This document shows, in pieces, positions 57,001 through 64,000 of a stretch of DNA of 64,000 bases (position 1 is its first letter; each line of letters begins with the position of its first letter). Source of the stretch: Acidobacteriota bacterium (lineage in GTDB: Bacteria > Acidobacteriota > UBA890 > WLXD01); contig JAJCXS010000147.1 in the NCBI GenBank assembly GCA_029263335.1, forward strand, positions 2,682 to 66,681. The letters are read 5' to 3'. Under the pieces are notes generated by a model, which worked only from the letters and a program-made list of their open reading frames with translations, was not told the DNA's origin and did no database searches. A program made the translations under genes and the position numbers.

Positions 57001-57103
57001 AGTCGACGTTCTGCTGCGCGCGTGCCGGGCGCGGGGCCAACACGCCGGCGGCCGCAAGAGTGAGCATCATGGATGCGATCACAGCAGGTTGCCGGATTGT
57101 CAT
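54023..57103 (-). CDS. Sensor histidine kinase (two-component regulator propeller repeats + Y_Y_Y + HisKA_3)
   Basis: GLSNN...QD..GFMWVGT.DGLNRFDG, YAYRL...GTYRFHVRAAN.DGVW, ERERISRDLHD, QEAVQNAIRHA, GFGL.GM. Confidence 0.92.
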   Translation of the reverse strand: MTIRQPAVIASMMLTLAAAGVLAPRPARAQQNVDSGAIGAIDTRQGLSNNSAFTLLQDHQGFMWVGTIDGLNRFDGVSFATFRHDPDVPGSLANNTVRRLWEDGDRNLWIRTAAGIDRLERGAGVFHHYSLQAQAFAQDAQGRLLVAAPQGLFRYLAEDDRFEPVAALPWAESDPAPFAEDPVWRILYDSQDRTWLSTERGRLYRVDADGGVTRTQSPWARALVEFEDETGRLWVGHTRGVGTFDPADSQFGDAPGAEHITASVLPMLRDRAGTIWVGADRLYRILPGETAQSMVIESTAPEPLSTRFWDITQDQEGAIWLATAAGLVRLDPFAKPFRNFVHNPTDPASPGAGPVVSVASDDGNLWIGTIGGGLTRLDLTTGDAHRYAELPGADSLCGSEVWAVHSGPGEQTWMGTDRGLCALDANTGRFALVALAVDSASSEPAVFAVTHDLSGQVWAGTSSGLFRIDAATHAAVRVKGIAEDRPEQPGVAGLAVTGDGSLWVGTSGSDLYHLDPTTLRTTRFALGDARALRGSEGFWAIAECGDGNLWLGSDRGLFVFDPASGELSEAELTRSLPAAPAYALVHDNDGALWVSTNNGLLRFQHPLDPNSSSVARRYTTGDGLPHAEFNRRAAARLSDGRLAFGSLAGTTVLDPQRLLDNPHPPPVVITSIERLRREGAVTIDPYGRQSLRLPHDDTGLTFEFTALTFSDPERTAYAYRLDNFDPQWVQAGAQRQARYPALAPGTYRFHVRAANADGVWNREGVSIAIDVPPPWWATLWFRLLAASGLFTALALTIRQVSTRALRRRVRDLELARQIHLERERISRDLHDNIGARVSTILAGVELAQLTAGSGNREDVDDHLVTLRAEAQRAMDQLHETVWSLNREQVTVGELADQIHEHLHEQQQLRDKPSLRCEAAGDRRAVLSSGHALEIFRLIQEAVQNAIRHADAHHVQVRLLTDAADSLHVEIRDDGAFRQPPPGHQGFGLAGMRIRAEQIGGNFSLESETAGGTAIRVVLPLPPMRRS

Positions 57104-57307
57104 AGGGTGCGTGGCCCCTCTCCGCAACGGTTGATGTCCGTCGTCGACTGCGAGCCATTGTAAGGGGTATGGGACGGCGGAGGACGGAACGCGGTGGCGC
57201 AGCGACGCAGCGACGCTCCGGCTGTGATAGGAAGAACGGATCAATCACTCTGATTTGACTGCCGCGCAGCCCGCCCCCATCTGGCGACGCGGCCCGAGGG
57301 AGACTCC

Positions 57308-60300
57308 ATGTCGCGATTTGGCCGCGTTGTGCTTGCTCTGTTGCTTGCCGTTGTTCTCGTTCCTGCCTTCATGGCGGCGCCCGTCGGAGCCCAGGAGGAG
57401 GCGGAAGACGATGGCCCGGATATGGCCAAGCAGGTGGCCGGGCTGTCCTGGCGCAGCATCGGTCCAGCGTTCATGTCGGGTCGCATTTCCGACATCGCGG
57501 TTCATCCGGACGACCGGCACACCTGGTTCGTTTCGGTTGCTTCGGGCGGGTTGTGGAAGACCACCAACGCCGGGGTGAACTGGAAGCCGGTGTTCGACAA
57601 CTACTCGTCGTACTCGGTGGGCACGGTGGTGATCGATCCCAACGATCCGCAGATCGTCTGGGTGGGCACGGGTGAGAACAACAGCCAGCGCTCGGTGGCC
57701 TACGGCGACGGCATCTACAAGTCGGTCGACGGCGGCAACACCTTCAAGAAGATGGGGCTCGAGAACTCCGAGCACATCGCTCGCATCCGCGTGCATCCGG
57801 AAGACTCGAACACGGTCTACGTGGCGGCACAGGGACCGCTGTGGGCATCCGGCGGCGATCGCGGCGTCTACGTGACCGGCGACGGCGGCGAGAACTGGAC
57901 CAAGATTCTCGAGATTAGCGAGAACACCGGCGTCACCGACCTGATCGTCGACCCGCGCGACCCCGACGTCATGTATGCGGCTGCCTATCAGCGACGCCGG
58001 CACGTCTGGACTCTGCTCGACGGCGGACCCGAGGGCGGTATCTACAAGACCACCAACGGCGGCGAGAGCTGGGACAAGCTCACCCGCGGCCTGCCGGCGG
58101 GAGACATCGGCCGTATCGCTCTCGCTATCTCGCCCCACAAACCGGACGTGATCTACTCGCTCGTGGACGCAGCCGAAGGTCGCGGCACCTACGTGTCGGA
58201 GAACGGTGGTGCCAGCTGGAGCAAGCGCAGCAGCTACGTCTCTGGCAGCCCGCAGTACTACCAGGAACTCGTCGTCGATCCGCATGATCCCGACAAGGTC
58301 TACTCGATGGACACCTTCGCCCAGGTGACCGAGGACGGCGGTCGCACCTGGAACGCGGTCGGCGAGCAGGACAAGCACATCGACAACCACGCCCTGTGGA
58401 TCGATCCTGACGACGCGCGCCACCACATCAACGGTAACGACGGCGGTCTGTACGAGAGCTTCGACGCCGGCAGCACCTGGCGCTTTATTCCCAACCTGCC
58501 GATCACGCAGTACTACAAGATTGCCGTCGGCAACGATGCGCCCTTCTATACGGTCTGCGGCGGCACCCAGGACAACGCCACCCATTGCGGCCCGGCGCGC
58601 ACCAACACCATTAACGGCGGTCGCGACGCGGACTGGTTCGTGCCGGTGTTCGGCGACGGCTTCGACCCCGTTATCGATCCCAGCAACTCCGACATCATCT
58701 ACGCGCAGTGGCAGCACGGCGGCCTGATCCGTCACGATCGTCGCACCGGCGAGAGCATCGACGTGAAGCCGCGCGAATCGGCCGACGGCCCGGCGCTGCG
58801 CTGGAACTGGGACTCGGCCATCTTGATCAGTCCGCACAACCCGGAGCGCCTGTACTTCGGCGCCCAGATGCTGTTCCGCAGCGACGATCGGGGAGACTCC
58901 TGGCAGCCGGTCAGTGGCGATCTCACCCGCAACCTCGACCGCAACCAACTCGACATCTTTGGTCGCGTCTGGGGCGTCGACTCGGTGCGCAAGAACAACT
59001 CCACCTCGTTCTACGGCACGCTGGTGTCGTTCGACGAGTCGCCGGTGGTTGAAGGCCTGCTGTACGCGGGCTCGGACGACGGTGTGGTTTCGGTGAGCGA
59101 GGACGGCGGCGCCAACTGGCGACGCGTCGAGTCGTTCCCGAGCGTGCCGGAGATGACCTACGTCAACGACCTGTTCGCCTCGCGCCACGATGCCGACACG
59201 GTCTACGCGGCGTTCAACAACCACAAGAAGGGCGACTTCGCGCCGTATGTGCTGATGAGCACGGATCGCGGCAACACCTGGACCTCGATCACAGCCGATC
59301 TGCCCGAGCGCGGCTCGGTCTACACGTTCAACCAGGATCACGTCGATGCCGATCTGTTGTTTGTCGGCACCGAGTTCGGCGTCTGGTACTCACCCGACCA
59401 CGGCGGCCGCTGGGTCGAGCTTGGCTCCGGCATGCCCACCATCGCCGTGCGCGACCTGGAGATCCAGCGCGAGATGAACGACCTGGTCGCCGGCACCTTC
59501 GGCCGCGGCTACATCATCCTCGACGACTACTCGCCGCTGCGGCACACTGGCGCGCCGGCCGATACGGTCGAGGCTGCGGTGTTCCCGGTGCGCGAGGCGC
59601 TGGCCTATATCGAGCGCACGCCGCTGGCGCTCAGCGGGCGGGCCTTCCAGGGGTCGGACTACTTCCTGGCCCCGAATCCCGACTTTGGCGCCACCTTCAC
59701 TTACTGGCTGGGCGACATGCCCAAGACCCGCGAGGCGGCGCGCAAGAAGCGCGATGCGGAGCTGGCCAAGGAAGGGGAGGACGTGTTCTATCCGACCTGG
59801 GAGGAACTCAAGGCCGAGGACCGCGAGCACGATCCATCTGTGTTTCTGGTGGTGCGTGACGTCGACGGCAACGTCGTGCGCCGTGTCCCGGGCGCGGCCC
59901 GCGGCGGCGTTCATCGTGCGTCCTGGGACCTGCGCTATGCCGGTTTCGGGCCGGTCAGCGCCGGCTCCGACGGCAACGGTCCGATGGCCATGCCTGGTAA
60001 CTACACGGTAGAGATCGTGCGCTGGCACGACGGCAGTGTCGAGACGCTGACCGAGCCGGCGCCGTTCGAGGTGGTCGCGCTGGGTGATCCCACGATTCCG
60101 GTGCAGGATCGTGCCGAGGTAGCTGCCTTCAACGCCGACGTCGGGCGCTTGCAGCGCGCCATCATGGGCACCAACGCGGCGGCTGGTGACGCCGCCGAGC
60201 AGCTCGATATGATGGAGCAGGCCGTGCGCCGTCATCCCCAGGTGGACCTCGCGCTCATCGAGCAGGTCGAGGCCATGAAGCAGACACTGACCGACATGCG

Positions 60301-60583
60301 TGAGGAGCTGTCGGGTGATCCCACCAAGCGCCGCCGCAGCGAGCCGGAGATGCCGGGCATCACGCGGCGGATGTTCACGGTCGTGGGCGGGGCCTGGTCG
60401 GTGAGCCACGGTCCGACGCAGACTCACCGTGAGCAGTTCGCCATTGCGGCCGATCTGTTCGCGGATCTGTTGCCTCGCCTGCGCAGCTTCATCGAGGGCG
60501 ACCTGCCCGCACTGCAGGATCGTCTCGAGGCGGCCGGCGTGCCGTGGACGCCAGGCCGCGGCGTGCCCAACTGGGAGCGGTAG
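57308..60583 (+). CDS. VPS10/sortilin-like BNR-repeat secreted protein, glycosyl hydrolase-like
   Basis: WRSIGPAFMSGRI, repeated Asp-boxes, GGTQDN, LRWNWDS, GTFGRG. Confidence 0.88.
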   Translation: MSRFGRVVLALLLAVVLVPAFMAAPVGAQEEAEDDGPDMAKQVAGLSWRSIGPAFMSGRISDIAVHPDDRHTWFVSVASGGLWKTTNAGVNWKPVFDNYSSYSVGTVVIDPNDPQIVWVGTGENNSQRSVAYGDGIYKSVDGGNTFKKMGLENSEHIARIRVHPEDSNTVYVAAQGPLWASGGDRGVYVTGDGGENWTKILEISENTGVTDLIVDPRDPDVMYAAAYQRRRHVWTLLDGGPEGGIYKTTNGGESWDKLTRGLPAGDIGRIALAISPHKPDVIYSLVDAAEGRGTYVSENGGASWSKRSSYVSGSPQYYQELVVDPHDPDKVYSMDTFAQVTEDGGRTWNAVGEQDKHIDNHALWIDPDDARHHINGNDGGLYESFDAGSTWRFIPNLPITQYYKIAVGNDAPFYTVCGGTQDNATHCGPARTNTINGGRDADWFVPVFGDGFDPVIDPSNSDIIYAQWQHGGLIRHDRRTGESIDVKPRESADGPALRWNWDSAILISPHNPERLYFGAQMLFRSDDRGDSWQPVSGDLTRNLDRNQLDIFGRVWGVDSVRKNNSTSFYGTLVSFDESPVVEGLLYAGSDDGVVSVSEDGGANWRRVESFPSVPEMTYVNDLFASRHDADTVYAAFNNHKKGDFAPYVLMSTDRGNTWTSITADLPERGSVYTFNQDHVDADLLFVGTEFGVWYSPDHGGRWVELGSGMPTIAVRDLEIQREMNDLVAGTFGRGYIILDDYSPLRHTGAPADTVEAAVFPVREALAYIERTPLALSGRAFQGSDYFLAPNPDFGATFTYWLGDMPKTREAARKKRDAELAKEGEDVFYPTWEELKAEDREHDPSVFLVVRDVDGNVVRRVPGAARGGVHRASWDLRYAGFGPVSAGSDGNGPMAMPGNYTVEIVRWHDGSVETLTEPAPFEVVALGDPTIPVQDRAEVAAFNADVGRLQRAIMGTNAAAGDAAEQLDMMEQAVRRHPQVDLALIEQVEAMKQTLTDMREELSGDPTKRRRSEPEMPGITRRMFTVVGGAWSVSHGPTQTHREQFAIAADLFADLLPRLRSFIEGDLPALQDRLEAAGVPWTPGRGVPNWER

Positions 60584-60693
60584 TGTCCCAGTAGCCGGTT
60601 CGCCGGCTGTTCACAACGATGCGCAGGAAGCGTAACGCGCGAAGCTAGTTCTGGCTGTCGGCGGTTCGCCTTTCCGCCGACAGCCAGGTCGCC

Positions 60694-62091
60694 TCAGGGA
60701 CTGGACGAGCTGCCTTCGGAGGAGCCACGGCCCTCCGACTTGGCCAGGACGACTTGCTCGGTGGCGCTGTTGCCGGCCGAGTCCGTGGCGATGACGGTAA
60801 GGGTCGCCCGGCGAGTATGGAACTCAAGCACCCCCTTCTTCATCCGTACTCGATCCTTGCCGCCGCCCAGTTTGATGATCACACGCTGACCGTGGAGCAC
60901 CGAGTGCCCATTGATCTCGGCGACGATGTTCGGCGAGGGGTCGCAGGAATCAGTCGCCCTGGCTACGACCTCGAAACGGTGGCTGCGGAAGCCGGACCGA
61001 TCGTCGCCGGACTTGTCCGAGGCATGGTCCTTGCCCTTACGCTCGGAAGATCCATCGTCGTTGCGCTTGCCTCTAGGCTGCAGCGCCGCAGTTACGGTGG
61101 GCGCCGTGGTGTCGATCACGGTGACCGTCACATCGTCAGTGGACATCTCGCCAAGCGGGTCCATGACCGTGAGCGCGATGACGTGGGTTCCGAGCGGCAA
61201 CGTGACCGTCGGCAGGCCTCCGGTGACAGTGCCACCGCCTTCGATGAACGGCCCTCTCCAGGTGAAGGTCAGGGCGTCACCGTCTGGATCCGTGGAAAGC
61301 AGTCCGCTGAGGGAAACCGGTGTGGCGTCCAAGTCGCCGCACTCGATGGTCAAGTCATCTCCGGCATCCGCTATCGGTGCTGAGTTGAGAAACGGTCCGG
61401 TCATGGTGAGACGGATGTAATCCCAGCGCGCCAGCGACTGCTTGGGCTGGCTCGCGCTTCCGTTGCCGAATGCGAGAAAAGGCTCTGCCGCGGGCTCTGC
61501 ACTGCGCTGGCCGACGAAGTCGTCCTGCCCTTCGATGCTCACCCGGAAGGAATTCCCCTGTGCCGCGATCGTAAGCAAGACGTACTCGTCGCGGGGAACG
61601 TCCCAGACATGGCAAAACTCAGGTAGCGAATCGCAGCGCCCGGTGAAGGAATCGCTGCTCACCCGCACCTCGGTCGGCCGGAAGTCGACGAACAGAATCA
61701 GGTGGCCGTCGGTGAAGCGGAGATGGTCGGAATCGTCGTTTGCCTCGTCGTTCACGAGGCTCCCGCCGCTATTGGAGATCGCCAGGTGCCCTATCTCGAG
61801 CACCCACCCGATCGAGTTGTCGAGCGGCAGCAAGGCGTCCGGATTAATGCTGTTGGCGCCCGATCCGCTCGTTTCGAGCTCGTACGCGGTTCCACCGTCG
61901 GCCAACGGATCCGAGACGAGATCGTCGCGGACGATGCTCGTGCTGACGAGCCAAGTGGGACTGGCGAGATCAGGAAGAAGGTCTCCCTCATAGGCAATCC
62001 GAAGCGGATCCGCAGCGCGAGAATCTGCCACGAGCAGCAGGACCAGGATAAGCACAGACCAGGCGATGCGATTCCGTACGAACTTCTTCAT
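60694..62091 (-). CDS. Secreted protein with PKD/Ig-like domains
   Basis: Signal peptide; N.APIADAG.D...S.DPDGD.LTF.W...L.LGTH.I.LTV.D; DTTAPTV. Confidence 0.7.
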   Translation of the reverse strand: MKKFVRNRIAWSVLILVLLLVADSRAADPLRIAYEGDLLPDLASPTWLVSTSIVRDDLVSDPLADGGTAYELETSGSGANSINPDALLPLDNSIGWVLEIGHLAISNSGGSLVNDEANDDSDHLRFTDGHLILFVDFRPTEVRVSSDSFTGRCDSLPEFCHVWDVPRDEYVLLTIAAQGNSFRVSIEGQDDFVGQRSAEPAAEPFLAFGNGSASQPKQSLARWDYIRLTMTGPFLNSAPIADAGDDLTIECGDLDATPVSLSGLLSTDPDGDALTFTWRGPFIEGGGTVTGGLPTVTLPLGTHVIALTVMDPLGEMSTDDVTVTVIDTTAPTVTAALQPRGKRNDDGSSERKGKDHASDKSGDDRSGFRSHRFEVVARATDSCDPSPNIVAEINGHSVLHGQRVIIKLGGGKDRVRMKKGVLEFHTRRATLTVIATDSAGNSATEQVVLAKSEGRGSSEGSSSSP

Positions 62092-62282
62092 GAGTTCCTC
62101 CCAGCGTTGTTAGTCTGGATCCGGCTACCTGATCCGCTATGCCCACTGCGAAGTGACGGCGACCGACGACGCCACACGGCCAGTGAACCATGGACGCGTC
62201 CGCTGTTGGGGCGCGAGAGGCAGCGCACATGGATTGCAGATTACGGACGGGCGCCAGGGCGACCACTCAGCGGAGCGGTGCG

Positions 62283-63410
62283 CTAGGTCCCGGATTGGAG
62301 GAGTTCGAAGATACGTTTGGCCGAGGCGGCCAGTGGGAGCTGCCTCGCCTCGGCCCGCGTGAACCAGTTGAGTTCGGCGTTCTCCGGCGCGGGCCGGGCC
62401 CCGGTTGCCAGCGAATCGGCTCGATAGACGGTGCAGGCGATGCGTCGGCTGGTGATGCCGTGGCGGATCTCTCCGACCGGACGGAGCGAGACGACCTCTT
62501 GACCCAACTCTGCAAGATAACGGCGTAGGTCGTCGGCCGGATCGTCATCGCCTTCGGCAACTATCGACTGGCGCAGGCGTGAGTCGCGGGTCGGGAACTC
62601 CCACATGTCCGCCAGTACCCCGGGGCGCTGGCCGCGCGCCAGCAGGAAGCGGCCGCCGCGCGCCACTACGCCGGCCGCTTCGAGCACGTTACGGATCTCC
62701 TGTTTCCGGCGAACCGGCAGCAACTCCTGGGTGCCTTCGGCCGCTGCGATACAGCGCGGGCCCAGGGGGCAGTCTGCGCAGCCCGGTGATTTCGGCGTGC
62801 AGACCCGCGCGCCGAGCTCCATGAGCGCTTGTGTCACATCTCCCGGGGCGTGCTCGTCCAGTAGCGATGCCGCCGCGCTTGTCAGCTGGCGGCGCACCGC
62901 CGCTCGGGTCGGTGCCTCGGCGACGCCGAAATAGCGGCACAGCACTCGATTGACGTTGCCGTCAATGCCCACATGCGGTTCGCCGAACGCGATGGCGGCG
63001 ACGGCCGCAGCCGTGTAGTCGCCGATGCCGGGCAACGCCCGGAGTGCCCCATACTCGCGAGGGAACTCTCCCGCCTGCTCGTGGACGATTGCCCGCGCGG
63101 CCGCATGAAGACTACGAGCGCGTCGGTAGTAGCCCAGCCCCGACCATTCCGCGAGAACCTCGTCGGGCGCGGCCGATGCGAGGGCGGTGAGATCGGGGAA
63201 CCGCTGCAGGAACCTCGCGTACCGCGGGACCACCGTTTCCACGCGCGTCTGTTGCAGCATGATCTCCGAAACGAGGATTCGATACGGGTCGGTGGTTCGG
63301 CGCCACGGCAGGTCGCGCCGCTCGGCTTCGTACCAGTGCAGTAGTGCCCGACCGGCGGCCGCGGCGAAGCGCGGCGCGGGGTGCGGCCCTTCAGTCGAGG
63401 CGGCCGGCAT
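62283..63410 (-). CDS. mutY: A/G-specific adenine glycosylase
   Basis: RDLPWR, VSEIMLQQTRV, W.GLGYY.RAR, LPGIG.YTA, DGNV.RV, FeS motif CxxxxxxCxxCxxxxxC, NUDIX-like C-terminus. Confidence 0.95.
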   Translation of the reverse strand: MPAASTEGPHPAPRFAAAAGRALLHWYEAERRDLPWRRTTDPYRILVSEIMLQQTRVETVVPRYARFLQRFPDLTALASAAPDEVLAEWSGLGYYRRARSLHAAARAIVHEQAGEFPREYGALRALPGIGDYTAAAVAAIAFGEPHVGIDGNVNRVLCRYFGVAEAPTRAAVRRQLTSAAASLLDEHAPGDVTQALMELGARVCTPKSPGCADCPLGPRCIAAAEGTQELLPVRRKQEIRNVLEAAGVVARGGRFLLARGQRPGVLADMWEFPTRDSRLRQSIVAEGDDDPADDLRRYLAELGQEVVSLRPVGEIRHGITSRRIACTVYRADSLATGARPAPENAELNWFTRAEARQLPLAASAKRIFELLQSGT

Positions 63411-64000
63411 CGCGCAACAACCCTCGGACGAGGTGCTCGGACGACCATTCGCCGCCCGAGAGCAGCTTGTTGGTCTTGTCCGGAATGCCCAGGGCGCTCG
63501 CGATCTCGCGGATCGAACGCCCCTCCTCCAGGTGGACGATCGCTTTGTTGCGCAGTCCTAGTAGTCGATCGAGCTTCTTGCCGATCTGATGCTGGTGGCT
63601 CATGTGGCGACCCGTGTGCTGGCAGAAAAGCTCGCAGTCCGGAATTGCCAACACCGCGCGGATCGACTCGATCAGCAGACTGATGTCCTCGTACGCGAAG
63701 GCCCTGGCCACCCGATCGGTCAGATACAGATCGCCGCCAAACAACCAGTTTTGCGATGGCTCGTGCAGCACAACGTGATCGGGGGCGTGTCCGGGCGTAT
63801 GGATCACCCGAAAGCTGTAGTTGTCGGTCGTGAACGTCTCGCCCAGGGGCTGCGTTTCTACCGCAGCGTGCTGGCCCCAGTAGAGGCGACGATACAGCGG
63901 CAAACGTTCCGGTTTGGCGGCAAGAGGCTGACCAACCGGGTGAATCCACGGCCGGACACCCAGCTCCCGGGCAACCAGGTCGGCGTTGCCGACGTGGTCT
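63391..64000 (-). CDS. MBL-fold metallo-hydrolase (5' end outside the window)
   Basis: Open frame to the window edge: DHVGN..., HTPGHAPDH, LFGGD, H.GR. Confidence 0.85.
   Translation of the reverse strand, partial: DHVGNADLVARELGVRPWIHPVGQPLAAKPERLPLYRRLYWGQHAAVETQPLGETFTTDNYSFRVIHTPGHAPDHVVLHEPSQNWLFGGDLYLTDRVARAFAYEDISLLIESIRAVLAIPDCELFCQHTGRHMSHQHQIGKKLDRLLGLRNKAIVHLEEGRSIREIASALGIPDKTNKLLSGGEWSSEHLVRGLLRDAGRLD

Overview
GC-rich bacterial chromosome segment, probably Acidobacteriota or a similar lineage. This assignment is inferred from four duplicated orphan ABC permeases (ADOP), three acidobacterial-type PadR regulators and two VPS10/BNR-repeat proteins. Recognisable genes include mpg, mutY, msrB, a tricorn protease and ovoA. 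Four less obvious things stand out. (1) A DUF3179 gene split by an in-frame TGA at the conserved Cys position, with a SECIS-like hairpin, is a probable selenoprotein. (2) An ECF sigma / zf-HC2 anti-sigma / membrane-anchored TPR-CHAT protease locus is flanked by poly-Asp DUF5666 surface proteins, and the same promoter-like motif precedes both the sigma gene and one DUF5666 gene. (3) An ~8.9 kb island in tRNA-Glu(CTC) has its att site inside the serine recombinase gene, so excision would swap the enzyme's C-terminus; its cargo is defence-like (HEPN, PD-(D/E)XK) with degenerate attC-like repeats. (4) An OmpR-family regulator has Glu at the phosphoacceptor position, and a perfect CpxR-type box lies upstream of its operon. 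All family calls come from motif recognition by eye; no database searches were run.
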